A program made the translations under genes and the position numbers. From contig JAKIMF020000004.1 in assembly GCA_022605425.2 (NCBI GenBank), positions 1,178,001 to 1,242,000 of the forward strand: a stretch of DNA of 64,000 nt, in the 5' to 3' direction. How positions within the stretch are numbered: position 1 is the first letter of the stretch; every line of letters starts with the position of its first letter. This document shows, one piece after another, positions 37,197 through 50,800 of the stretch. The notes beneath the pieces are model-generated. The model was not told the origin of the DNA, ran no database searches, and was given only the letters and a program-made list of their open reading frames with translations. The stretch is from Hamiltosporidium tvaerminnensis FI-OER-3-3. Lineage: Eukaryota > Fungi > Microsporidia.

Positions 37197-40100
37197 TTCT
37201 GTTTTTTACATTATAAATTTAATAATGAATATTTGATAAATTAAAATTAATTTAAATCGAATAATAATTGTTCGTTTTTTTGTTAGATTTTTTTAAAAAT
37301 CAAAATATAAATCGAAAAAGTATTCATGTACATAAATATCTTGATTTTATTTTTCGAATAGGTCCTAATTATTATAAAAGCCAAATAATACTAACTACAA
37401 AACCTGAAAATATTCAATATACCAATAAAAGAATTCTTAGTTCAAGACATATTTTTTGAATAAATTTATTTTATCGTTTTTTTATAATTTTTATTTTATA
37501 TTGATAAAAAAAAATATTTTTATTAAATGTTATATTCATGTATCCTTTTAAAAATGTATACTACATATTTTTTATGTTAATTATTCAATGTTATGTGAAT
37601 ATAAAAATTTATTGCATCTGTTGAAATTGTTGGGAAAATAAAAAATAATTTTCTAAATACATTTTGATTGGCTGCAATCCAGCTTATATATGAACTTTGG
37701 TATTTTAATTGATTTATGATATATAGAGATGATAAAGATATTAGAAGTTTTATTCGAAAGTCCTTTTAAGCCAATTATATTCTGATATATCGTTGATTTA
37801 GAAATTTCTTTTCTCATTAATAAAAATTAAAAATTATTAAAAACTAAAATAAAAAAAGATTTGTTTACAAAATTTCATCTCTCTGATGACCCGGTAAGCT
37901 TTTTTCTACATAAAGGTGATTAGAACATCAATTTAGCAAAAATAATTACATATCCATTTTTAAAGTTTGTTAATAAAGAATTTCTCGATAGTTTACTTAC
38001 TTATTCTGTCCTCTATTACATGTCTGTATTGAGGATTAAAAAAATGCAGCGACATCATGTTCTATTGCCTGTTGAAGTTCTAGAATTTTTGATCAATTCC
38101 TCGTTCAAGAAAAGCCAATTTTAAAAAGGTCAAATATTTTTCATTCACATATTCTTAAATTTTCTCAAATAAAGCTTTGCTTTTATGTTCCTTATATCAT
38201 AGTTCGAATGTAACACCAAGATTGAAGTTATAATCAATTTTTTATTTCTCTATTCGTTTCTTTCATATTTTGTAATTCTAGGTTAGAGACAATTAGCCCA
38301 ATGAAACAGTGTGGTTATATTCCAAGAAAATATTAACGCATATTTTCACACCTATTTCACCCTATTGTCGTCAAGTAGATTGTTTTAATGCACTTATCCT
38401 TCTTGACCTTACGCCTCGATAGACCAATATAAATTCAAAGTTATGATTTTTTTGGTGCAAATGTAAAAGTTCATTGCAAAAAATCGAGACAATAGTGTGT
38501 TATTCTATACAAAAGTCTTCGAAATAAAACCAGTATTTCCAGTTATACGCCATAGTCCTTCATAATGTGTAATTTGATTATTTTTTATATATTAGACAAG
38601 TTTTTAAATTAGAGTTTGCAGTGCTAATCGCTTTCATAATAGAGGTTTAATTTGTTTAAAAAATTCCCAACATTGTCCTTTGATTTATATTGACTATATT
38701 AAAGATGTTTATATATTTTATTTTTGCAATTATGAAAATTTTAGATATTAAAAGAAGCCAATTTGACGCCAAATGACCTGTGAATTTTTTATATATTCTG
38801 TATGTCGTATATTTATATGGATTTAACGGTTGAAATTTTTAATTTTAGGGGAAGTTTTAGAAATACATTTGCAATATATTATTTTTTGTAGCTCATACTA
38901 ATACAAGAGTTATATACTAATACGATGGTCATAAGAAACTTCTTAATAATTAGATGAGACACATTAGAGTTCGAAATTTTTGAGATTGAAGCATTTCTTT
39001 CGATTCCTTAACTGTGGCTTTAAATATTAAATAATTCTAACCTAAACTTTAACATAAATCATAAGAGGAAAGTTCGGTATCTATGTATCATAAACTTTTT
39101 GCTAGGTAATGAGCTATACACAAATATTTTGCTTAAATTTTTAAATATCTCATATTGAAATAAAACTTAAATTAGTTTGGAAACAAGTCATACATATTAA
39201 ATTTAGATGTTAAAAATTATAACAAGAATTCTGACCGATAAATATTACTTGCGAGAGGCCCATCATATTCATCTTCTGCAAATATAGAGAATATTACGTT
39301 GTTTATTATGAAGCTGCAGTCGGTTTATTCCAATTCAAATCTAATTTTGCTTAATTCTCAAATTTTTTTAAAAAAGAATGGCATTTGATTGGATCTGAGA
39401 TTACAAATCTAAAAATTTTTGGGAATAATAAATTTAATAATATAAGTTTTGCAACAATTCAACTAAATATTTCACTGCAAATTATAAAAGGATTTTTGAG
39501 TAACATGGATCTATATATGACAGTGATCTTCATAAATATAGAACCATTGTGTTTACGCGTGCTTGGATTTTGTTTTTTAACCCAGCAGATGAATTTTAAT
39601 CGGTTTATAAGCTCTTGCTTTCAAGCCGGTGTTTCGAATGTTATTTATATCGAGACTCATTATAACATATAAAACCATTGCCTTAAACTCCCCAGACACT
39701 TAGATAAAAGGTATCTTTTATAGAGATCAGTTCTATCTTTTAAAATAAAGGATCTGTTGACCCGTGATACTAAAGAATTGTTTTTTAAAAGGAAAAGTTT
39801 GTATATATTATTATACTGTTTTTTTCTTTTTTCCACATTGGGATTTAAATAAAATATAAATGTTTATTTTATAAGGAAACTCAATAACTAATAATTTTCT
39901 TGTAGAATACTATCTCAAACCATATTCCTAGGATTTTATTTACATTTGTAGATAATCTATATTTTTTAACAAATGTTTTTACTTTTAAAACAAAGTGTTT
40001 TAATCTACATCTTTACTCAAATTATTCTGATTAAACATTGAGAAAATAACCTTTTAGTTGGAAATACTATTATACATGACTTACTTCAAAGCCAAATATA

Positions 40101-40454
40101 TGTAAATAAAAGGCTTATCCGCTATTTTACCTAACAAATTTTACAGAAATTGTTATGGGTGAATAATAGAAAATTATTATATAACTCGTTTGAGATTGTA
40201 TTTAATATTTTAAGCTGTAATTCAGTGTTTTTTAATTCTTAAAAATAACTCCTATCCTATTTTATATAATAATAATTTTTATGTTATTTCTTTTTATCTG
40301 ATATCTTTAAACGAGCTAAGCTTTCGTTTTTTGAAAATATAATAATTAAAAAAATCTTTATCTTTGTATTTTCTACTGTAATCGAATAAATTTAATAAAT
40401 CGTACAACATAGATTAAAAACTATGATGACATTAATTCCTCAACTTATGTTTCT

Positions 40455-40580
40455 AAACCGGATCTATAGGGCAATCCGCTATAATTCCGAGTTCCAACAG
40501 ATTAGAAGAGACGAATGAAAACTTCCATTAGTTCATCCTCGACAGCAAGAGGTAAAATAAGAATTGAATGAGAAAGTAAG
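40455..40580 (+). mobile_element. Family A short form, 5'-truncated
   Basis: ACCGGATCTATAGGGCAATCC...TTCCGAGTTCCAACAGATTA...GTTCATCCTCGACAGCAAGAGGTAAAA...AAGTAAG matches the 3' half of 43354-43583 (reverse complement). Confidence 0.8.
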
Positions 40581-41638
40581 TGTTTTTTAAGGAATTTTAA
40601 TTTGTTGAATAATTTTCATATGTTGGTACATACTTAGAATATAAAATATTTATGGAGTAAATACTTTACTTTAATTTTTAAATATATACTCGTAAGAATT
40701 CAAAAACAATTTTAAAGAAATTCTAACTTATTTTAATTTTATTTTATAAGTTGGATTTAAGAGCCGAAAACCTAAAATATACACTTGTAAGTACCACTTT
40801 TATATGTTTACTAAAAATCATCGATTTATTGGTAATGAAATATATGAACAGAAAAATATACTCTAAATAAAAAACATAGCAACATCAATTTAAAGATGAA
40901 AAATATCATCTTTTTGAATAAATAATCTAAAAAAAAGCATTATATGCGAAATTAAAAAATGATTTTTGGCGGATTCGCTTTTGCATCATACTCGCAACAA
41001 AAAATAAATGTATAACAAGAAAGATGCACCTTTTAAGTTTAAATATTTTTCAATTTTTTATGTTTTTGTTAGAGCTAGTTTAAAGACCTCATTATTAATT
41101 GAATATAACTTTATTGAAATCTTATTTTAAGAGGATGAAATTTATTTTAAGATTTTAACTGTATTTATTTATTTTAATATAATTATTTAATTAGTTGTTT
41201 ATTGTTTAATTCCATCATTTAGATTTCTTTTATTTATAATTTTAATAAAAATTTTGATTTCTAGATACATTTTATCAAAATAATTCTTCTTTTATGATAT
41301 ATTGATACACCAGTTGATAAAAAGATTTTTTTGCAATACAAAATTATCAATTTTTTTGTTAAGGTAATCATTTATCTTGCTGAAGAAATATAAATCAAAT
41401 TATCGAAAATAACATAAATAATTTTAATTACTTTGAAATTTTATTTGTAAGATAGCAGAGAAACCTAAGTAATATACCTGAATTATACAATAAAGCTAAA
41501 AAGTAATTTCAAAAGAAGGTTGATGATATAAAAATTTACATTTATGATTAAAAACTTTCGATGCACCATTTAGTAAAATTGTGATTTTTTTAAGAAAAAT
41601 TAATATCGAACTTATTAAATAGAAATTCAGAACAACAT

Positions 41639-42319
41639 TTATTTTATACTTTTTTTATCAAACGCTTTTATATTTTCTTCGTAGGTCTTTAAATTCCATT
41701 TTGTGTCACATATTTGCGATAATACATTTAAGAAATCATCAAAAAATGTTTTTTTAAAAATATTTTCAATATTCGATTTTAGATAAAATTTAGATTCATA
41801 ATTATTTACTTTAGAATATTTTTCTGGCAAGTAACTTAAATAAAATATATCAATAGGATATTTAGAACAGAAATTAATCATATAATTATCTTTGATTTGT
41901 AAAACACTTGTAAAGCCAGAATAATACATTTTGTATCCATCAATACATGTTTTTGATTTTTTTGCATATTTCATTCCCAAATGCTTAAAATTAATTTTTT
42001 TCGAAACAATAAAAATATTTGTTTTGGCAGAAATTGTGCCAGTTAATATAAAATTGAAATCACTATTTGATAATATGTAGTAGAAGGGACAAAATTCCTT
42101 TTTTAAAGTTAAAATTGCAGCCATATTAGAAATGCTATTGTTCCCGCTATAAAATAATAGATGCTGATATATAGATACAGGTTGGTCTATTTTTTTTTTA
42201 AAATATTTATCTAAAGAATCAAATTTTGGTAGTAAACTTGCCATCTTTTCCTTACTTTTGCGTGTAAGATATATTGTGACTCCGATTATAATACTAACTA
42301 AAATAATATCAAATATCAT
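41639..42319 (-). CDS. Single-pass membrane protein, possibly a reduced CCDC47/DUF1682 (PAT complex) homologue
   Basis: N-terminal TM. FYSGNNSISNMAAILTLKKEF resembles the recalled CCDC47 pattern (Y/W)xSGRxxxxxxxxxLxLxKRxD, and IFIVSKK resembles FVFAVxxKK. CCC motif 8 nt upstream of the ATG. The gene call is firm, the product tentative. Confidence 0.6.
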   Translation of the reverse strand: MIFDIILVSIIIGVTIYLTRKSKEKMASLLPKFDSLDKYFKKKIDQPVSIYQHLLFYSGNNSISNMAAILTLKKEFCPFYYILSNSDFNFILTGTISAKTNIFIVSKKINFKHLGMKYAKKSKTCIDGYKMYYSGFTSVLQIKDNYMINFCSKYPIDIFYLSYLPEKYSKVNNYESKFYLKSNIENIFKKTFFDDFLNVLSQICDTKWNLKTYEENIKAFDKKSIK

Positions 42320-43353
42320 GAATATATGGGTATTGATTACAAGACTTTTGAAGAAACATATAAATTATTTATAAATCTAAATTTTATTTGCTGAATAAGG
42401 GGAAGAAAAGAAAAGTTCTGCAAAAAATGCCTAAAAAGTCTAGAAAGAACGTAAAGAAACCAGAGAAATTTAGTTTTAAATCCGAGAACCAATACTTATC
42501 ATCATTAAATCAATTTTTATTCCTGAAAAATAACTAGCAAATAGATCAACTAAAAATATATTATTTCTTGAACGAATTCTGAAATTTAAATTTAATATTT
42601 ATCCATCGTTACATTTCTGTTTCGCTTATAACTTGGGTATACCAAGTATTGATTATGAAAATTACTCGGGCTTTTGATAAATTTCTAAAAAGGAGCAACA
42701 GATAATTCTTATTATATAAAGGTCATTAAAAATGCAAGAAAAATTATTTTTATGAAAAAAATTGCAATGTATCTTGCTAAAGATGAAGTCAATGTTAAAT
42801 TTCCTGAAAAAAATGGATTAAAGACCTTCTTTTAATTAAGAAATAACTTCGGTGCCTTGTGATAGAAAATCAAATTTGATTCGGTCAGGATAGAACTAAT
42901 CTAAATTATTTAGGTAGAATATTTTGTTCTTTCTTTTAAATAAATTCATATTTAAGTCCGAAATTCTAATAATGGCTTAATGAAGAAAGTTTCTGCAAAT
43001 AAAATCGTAAAGATAAGATACCAATGATTATTTATTCAAATGAATTGATTTTAACGAAATCGTTTGAATGATTATTTAATTAAAATATGAATATTATATT
43101 TTAAACTACCAAAAGTGCTAGACTTTACATATTTTAAATAATCCGTATGGATCTTCTTTGGCTAAATATATCGTTTTAATAATCCTAAATTTCAAATTAA
43201 ATGAAAAAAATGATAGCATGATTTTTACATTTGAGTACCTAGACATCACATGGAGAGTGCAAAAAAACAACAAATGTGTTACTTTCAAACAAAAATTAAA
43301 AATATTTCGGTCTCAACTTCCGTGTAAAATTTGTTTTATGTGAGGAAATAACT

Positions 43354-43583
43354 TACTTATTTATTTCGTTCCACTTTTTTCTCTCAGTGTCAAGGATGAA
43401 CAAATGAATGTTCTTCATTTTTTTATTTTAATCAGTTGTAACTCGGGATTGCAGGGGATTGACCAATAGATCCGGTCTGGTTTATATCCCACCAAAATGG
43501 CCAATGATTTTAACACAAATCGTACACATTCACCACCAAACAGAAAGCTTTTAATATGGTTATCCTCCCTTAACCTTCATGGA
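43354..43583 (-). mobile_element. Family A short form, full length (230 nt)
   Basis: Perfect 11-bp TSD AGGAAATAACT (43343-43353 / 43584-43594). Head GGGAGGATAACCATATTAAAAGCTTTCTG...TTTTGGTGGGATATAAACCA, tail ...AATAAGTA. Confidence 0.88.
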
Positions 43584-44476
43584 AGGAAATAACTCGATCT
43601 TTAATTATTAATATAATTAAAATTACTAAGTAGATTGCTTTTTTGTTTGAGAATAAAACCATTGTAAATTCTAGGAGTAGTAAAAAATCTATTCGATTGT
43701 TCATAAACATATTTTAATTTGGAATTTTTGTATAAAGAAGCACAAATTTATCTATTTTATCGCAAATCTTGACCAACCTTTTCTAAAATAAATAAACTTA
43801 ATTTTTATGGTTAGAAGAATTTATAAATATCCTAAATGGTCTGTCATTATCCGTCCACTATGATGCGCATGTTTTATGTTATATACAAAATATAATATGA
43901 GATTCTCTCTAAGATTAATACAGTGCTTGTAGTCAGATTTTTTGATAATGTTACAAAGTTTTTGTCTTCATTTCTAGCCTAACTATGATATCATGAAAAA
44001 CTTGCTCGTTGATGTTCTGACCAAAGACAAATCTGTTAGATATTAAATGTATATGATCATATAGAAAACATACAACCAAAGTTATTGAAACGGTTCCCAA
44101 AATTTGATTTAGAACAAGAAGAGTCTTTATAGCGAAAATAATAGCATCATACAGACCAAAAAAATGATTTGTTGACTATAGGCAAAAAAAACAGGAACAC
44201 ATTACAGATGATATTAATCGATCAATAAATATTTATAATTTGATTTTTTAAAGTTAAAAATATAATATTTAATTAGGTTTTGATGTTTGGTTAACCCTAA
44301 TTTATAAGCACTATAAAAACGAAAGTTTAAATTTATAGCATAAAATATCACCTGGAAATATTGTAAACAAAACACTTTCGTAATATGTTATGAAATTATC
44401 TTTATATTCGTTAATTTTATATTTATCTTAAGTATATATAGGGTTTTTTGATCAATATAATAATCCTTGCAATCAA

Positions 44477-47400
44477 TTTATTTAATAAAATTTTGGGTTA
44501 AAATATTTTTAACATTTTTATATGTTTTCTTCTACCTCTTTAACCACTATTGTCTCTTCTTCCAAATCCGACTCTTCATTTATGTTATTGGTCGGTTCCT
44601 CCAAAGTGGTTCCTCCTTGTGAAATAAGGGGTGTATTATTTTTTGGTTTTAAATTTTTTGCACCATCTTCCTCTGTTTTCGCTTCTTTTAAAGGGGGTGT
44701 CGGTTCCTCATGCATCTCTGATCTCATAATAACACCCATTGACGCTCTCTCCCAGCTCTCTTCGGCATTTAGTCCTGACTCAAGTCCTCTTCGTCGAACA
44801 AAGGAAATATTTTCGACTCTATTCTTAAGTACTAAAGACTGGATGTATGCTTCTACGTTCATGGGTATTTCTAGGCTTTTAAGGTGTGACTTATAATATT
44901 TTGTCACAATACCGTCCCAGGCCATCACATAAGGGATTATCTCAACACTACACCTATAAATAAGACCCAACTCATTGGCTAGCAGGTCATACTTCCTAAG
45001 TTTTTCAGTTTCAACTATTTGAAGTGAATCTTGGGAAGTGATTCCTACTTCAATGAGTGTTATCTTATTCTTCTTCTTATCTAAAATAAATATTTCCGGT
45101 CTGTTATTCCGAATTTTAACATCAGTTTTTATTCTGGTGTCCACTCTTATCTCTGCGTACTCATTATCAAGAATTTCTTGAACTGAGTGACTCCTTATTC
45201 GTTTGGAAGACTCTAACTTAAATCTATTTAGAAGAAGTAGGTGTAGGCATCTAACCACTTCATTATGCCGTCTAGTGTAATCATGGCCTAGCATTTTTTC
45301 ACATCTAGTTGCTAGATGATCTACAGTCTTACCAGACTTCCCACAATGTTGACACACACCATCTGCTCCCAAGAATACATTTCTATCCTGGATATAGCAG
45401 AACACAGCTTCATTTCGTGGCCTAATATTTCCTCTCTTTAGCCATCTTGAAGAGTCACTAACACTTACAAGCTCATTTTTCCTTGCATTATATAACTTTG
45501 AATGTAGTTTTCGTTTTTCTATTTCGTTATATAGTTTTGCAAGTTGAGCTTCTTCTAAACTTTTCTTAGTGACTTCTTCTACCAACCTGTACTTTACTTT
45601 TAAGAAGCCTTTTATTAGTGCAAGATGGGTTTTATTATTATTCTCCACCTTGAGGATTGCTGCTCGTCTAGTTGATATTTCTTTACTTTTTTCCAGACAA
45701 TCCAAGAGTTGCAGAAGCATATGTTCGCTTCGCAACTCAACACTATGTAGGCCTCTTCCAAGTTCTGTTCTAGGAAGGTATAAAAGCTCTTTACATCCTG
45801 GGCGGAGATGTATCTTTTTCTTAACCAAAACCGCACGCACTGCATCATCTAACTTAGAGAAGTCAGCCGGTTCAAGTCGAAGTACTCCTATGTGGTAGTT
45901 GATTAACGATATCGCATGTTGATTGATTGCAGAAAATAATTTTTTTATATTTAATCTAGTGTGACAAAGTCTTTCAACTCTTGATATAAGTTTGCTCTGT
46001 ACTTCTTCAAATGAGCTACGTGTTGGGATTCCTCTGCTATCTTCTATCATCCCCAAATATTTGTAAACACTAACACCTTCTAGAAGAGTAGCAGTATCTT
46101 CACAACACGTATCATTTGTGGCTGACTTCTCTTTGTTAATCTCTAACCCAATCACCTCTAAAAATTACTTTGCCTCGCCTGTCATAGCCCTCAATGTGGA
46201 GCTGTCTTTTGCAAGGAGCTTTAGATTATCAATAAACAAGAGATGATTAGTAATATTGGGATTCTGCATCTGTTTGTACTATTACTTTTGTGTATTTTTC
46301 ATTAAGCTTTTGGCTTAGTGGATCCATACACAACACAAATAACAAAGGTGACAAACGTCCTCCTTTTAGAACCCCTCTATCGATCTTCTTGCTCATGATT
46401 TTTTCAGGCCCTACTGATATATCAGTTTTCCAATTTGATATAATTACCTTGATAAATTTAAGGATCCCATCAGGTAAATCAAGGTTTTTAATGCATTGAG
46501 TTAAATAAGCATGATCTATTGAATCAAAGCTTTTTTAACATCAATCCATGTTGCCTTAAGATTGTTTCCATACTCTTTATTTAAGGCAATATTCAGTAGA
46601 GCCTGCTCTTTCGCTCCCTGAACACCTCTTACCGCCCCTAATTGGTTCTCTGCAAGCAACCCTCGCCTTTCCACTTCAATTTGAACGACTTTAGTTACAC
46701 ACTTAGTCGTTAACTTATAGAGGTTAAACATACAAGTGATTGGCCTGTAGTTAGAGCCTCTTTGGCGAATTCCTTTTCGTATCAAATACGTAAGCCCGCA
46801 GTAAAACCAATCAGCTTGAGGTGTTCCTTCTAAACAAATAACTTTCACAATATCATAAAAATATTTGTGAAGAGTTGTAAGTTTCTCAATGAAAAAATTG
46901 TAAATACCATCAATTCCAGCAGCTTTTCAATTGGGAAGCCAATTAATGATATTTACAAATTCATCAAGTGAAGGAAACCTAGTCGGATGATTATCTGATA
47001 CAAATGGAATCAAATAATCATCATACGTGACTGTGTCATCATTTTTGTTCCACATTGTAGACCAAAAACTCACAATTTCATCACGGCTAACCACATGCTC
47101 GGATTCCACACGCTCGGATAACCCACGATAAAATCGACCTCGAAAAAGCTCAAACATACGATTCTCTTTCTGGAATTGCTTCCGACTTTCATGCATCGTG
47201 ATTTTTTTCTCGAAAACATTCAAAGACTCATTCTTCTTAACTAAAGCCTCAGAAAGATCAGTTACGCTGCTCAAGTTTAAAATAAACTCTCGCATAATTT
47301 TCTTAAGGCTCTTCGTTTCCGAAGTGGAGAGCTTTTCCTGCTTACGAGCCTTCTCGAGAAGATCTTTGGAAAGTACTAACTTAGAAATTTATCTTTCTAT

Positions 47401-48270
47401 GTTTTCCTTCCAAGCGGATCTAGGCTTTTCTTTGCGTGTTGCCTCGTCATAGCATACTTGCGCAGCTTGCATGATATACGCGGCTTCCGTAATTGACTCA
47501 GGTACATAATCTCCTGGATATTCCCCGACTACTCGATTAATGAGATCCAGAACTTTACTATCAACCAATTCATTTGGATGTTTTCTAGTTCTGACCACCA
47601 CTTTTCCAATTTCCTTCATCGAGATTTCTTTGATTTTACTCAAGAATTTATCTCTCAGGTTTATGTACTCCGTGGTGTCGGCCAAGGTGCATGTATCAGC
47701 GAGACAAGTGGCGATTCTACGTCGCTCTCTATTCTCTTCTGATTTTACTTTCTCTCCCATCTCATTTTGTGCCAATTTTTTTAACACTTCGAGAGTTTTA
47801 GTGCAGCCGAATTTCTCATTATAGTACATGTGAAGCTCTGTCCAGCCATTTCTTGGCATTCTTTCAAACCGTGTCTGTACTGCAAAAAAAACAATTCGAG
47901 GCCATTCCTTCGGGTCGGCTGTTACGGAATCGAATATCGTCCGCAATGCCATTAGCCTGTTACCTTCCGGAATAGCTAGAGTACAGGGGCTTGTCATGTC
48001 GTACGATGGCTCGCACGCAGAGACTCTAACCGAAGAGGGAACTGGTGTATTAGGCGAAGGTAAGGTGCCAAGCCCACTATTTTGCATTTTACAGCATGTT
48101 TGGCTTTGTGGTAGATGTGTTATTGTTGTGTAGGAGGAGGAAGGTAGGAAATCGCCGTTAGGTTTAGCTCACGTTTTTGTATCCCACTATCACATTTCTT
48201 CACCTCATAAGCGTCGTTTGCAGCCTTTATTTTGGTATTTTTCGATATTTCGCTGCTAACATTTTTCTTT
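44477..48270 (-). mobile_element. Near full-length non-LTR retrotransposon, R4/Dong-like (RT plus REL endonuclease), inactivated
   Basis: A single ORF broken into pieces (47389, 46927, 46516, 44518). RT motifs KAAGIDG, NYRPITC, NQLG, WIDVKKA, KYLG. CCHC zinc knuckle CQHC-x8-H-x4-C. RHNEV...RPEI...IEVGIT...KxxKY. Catalytic sites read FIDN (usually FIDD), KGGRLSP (usually QGDSLSP) and PE (usually PD). The 5' end is approximate. Confidence 0.93.
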
Positions 48271-50800
48271 CTACCCAGTAGTTCTTAATATTCTAAAGTT
48301 AAGTTATTTTAATATAAATAATTTAAAAAAAATTGACATTTATTGATTCTAACAAATCATTTCATGGTCTTGTCTCTATATATTAAGTTTAATATATCTA
48401 TACAAGAGCTGTAATATCGAAAACCTGCCAGTTTTTAATTTTAGGAAGGAAATAATATTGTTTATTGTAACAACCAAAACCGCTCCTGTCCTATAGGCCC
48501 TTATCGTTTTCATAATATTTTTTCCTGTCTTTTTTCAAAATACTTAAGTTCCAATTAAGCGAATAAAATTTCATATCTTCCTTATTTCCTATATATTATT
48601 CCTTAAACCCATTGCTAGTTTAAAAAAAATGTGATTTTTCCCCTGAATTTAAAATTCGTTTTAAAAATGCTTAAATTGTTTTGGTTTATTATTCCTTCAG
48701 AAATATTTTGATAAATCTTTTATAGATAGACAAGTTTATATTTTATGCCAGTCGTTATCAGTAAAAAAATAATAATAGTTGAAAAAACAAAACTCACTAA
48801 ATTTTATATACGCTCTCTTACGCTTTTGCAAAAAATTATTTTTCTTCGTTATTGTTCGCTAATTCTATCATGGTAGACTTAAAAAATATCATTACTTTAA
48901 AGACATAATAGCTATAAAATGTATCAAAAAACTGCTCTGCCTTTTTATTCTGGTCGAAATCTCTTCTTAATAACCTTATGTACGATAATGTAGGTTATTT
49001 AAATTATATACGAACATTGTTTTGATATTTATTTTCAGTATTATAAATCCGTTGCTTGGTTAGGTATCAGTTTTATAATTTGCACAATAACAATTTCATA
49101 TTGGTTAAAGAGAAGAGGAATTTCTTGGATTATCCACTTGATTTTGCATTACAGGCGAGATCACTCAACTCTATAAAATATATTCTTTTTCAATTAAATT
49201 TTAAGATGATATTTGGAGCTGATTTAATTGACGAATTCTAAATCATATTTTCTATTTTTTGCTATAATACTACTTAAAAGTAGATTATTAGACTCAGGTT
49301 GGTTAAAACAACAGAAATGATTATTTATTTGCGGCATTATGTATTTTTCTGTTATTATAATATATAGCATTATTGTGAAAATATTTCATTTTTTGTACAA
49401 GTTTCATATGGTTTTTTTGCTAACCATCTCTAAATTGTTTGATTTAACAGTTACAATCGTCCCTTTATTTTTAGTTTGCTTGGTTTCCTATATATGATTT
49501 GAATAGCAAGAGCGGTTAGTAATGATTCCTTCTTTAATTTTAAGTTTCTTTACTATTATCAGCGTTAATCACTAATAGAATATCAAAATTGGCAAATAGA
49601 AACCATAATGAATCCTTTACAGACCATAAAGTATTTTTAGACCTCAGAAACACCGGAGATGCATTGTATATGTCTCAATTACATTTAGAATCAAATGATT
49701 TTCATGGGTTTGATCAGTGCCTTTCTCAAGATCTAGACAATAAACACATGATGATCATATATTCATAACATTATTTACATATATTGCTAGATTGCCTTCC
49801 AAGAATTGAACTCTCTGCACTTTCGCGGGCTTTCACATATTCAATTATGTATGTGATTCTTATCACATATAATTTTTTTCACAAAATGCAACCATTTCAT
49901 TACTTACATAATTTACTATAGAGTGTATTATCAATTTATGTTGAATTAACACATTTTCAAATTCGAAAATAACTGCCGGTATTTGTTTCCGCCTTTTGAA
50001 GCAAAGATCATCCTAAAACGCAGAAAAAAATTGAATTTTTTACTCAGAAGTCTTTCTATTTTTTTAGTGTATTAAGCTGGAATATTTTTGGTCTTAAAAA
50101 GTCGTTAAAATTGTTTTTTTTGTTGACTTGACAAATAACAAGCCTTGGTATAAGCCCTACATTGTTTTTTTGCTATAAATAAATCAAAATCTAAAAAAGT
50201 TAGAAATGGACCATAATTTTTTTTGCAAAACAAATATTCATTTTCTTGTTTAATCAGGTGATATTTGTTTGCTTATAACGATTATTTACTGTAAACAGTT
50301 TAATAGATATAGAATTCTAAACGATAACAAGCGGTAAATGTTTGAATTGGGATTATTTGTACATACAACCTATTTACCTTTTATAATTAAAGGTTATAAT
50401 CGACATTTAGTTTTAGGAAATAGGACGAGCGCAATAAGCGAATGAGGGCAAAGAGAATAATGAAATTATAAAACTAATAATTATAAAAAATGACATAGAT
50501 GAATTGTGAATAACAAATTATATATTATAAGTAAAAGGTATTTAGAAAATAAAAGATGTTTATTGAACATGAAGAGTATTGATGACCATGACACTTGTTA
50601 TTTTTTAGTAATATTTATTTCAAAAATATCAAATATTTGAAGCTTTTTAATGAAAGATTTTATTATCGAATAATCATATCCTATATCATGGTCCTTTTTT
50701 ATTATTTAAGTTAGTAAATCAAAACTTTTTTCATAAGTAATTATAATAAAAAAAATGTTTATAGAATAAATATCTGCATGATAAATAAATGAACAATCGT

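Noticed and set aside
37700-39800. Possible ancient gene relics in long intergenic stretches (also 25600-28700)
   Set aside because: Composition is faintly coding-like, but I could not recover any motif or sustained frame by eye.
48140-48270. HDV-like ribozyme at the 5' end of the R4-like element
   Set aside because: Hairpins GCAGC/GCTGC and GCTTATG/CGTGAGC followed by TAA exist on the minus strand, but no P1/P1.1 consistent with the HDV topology could be built.
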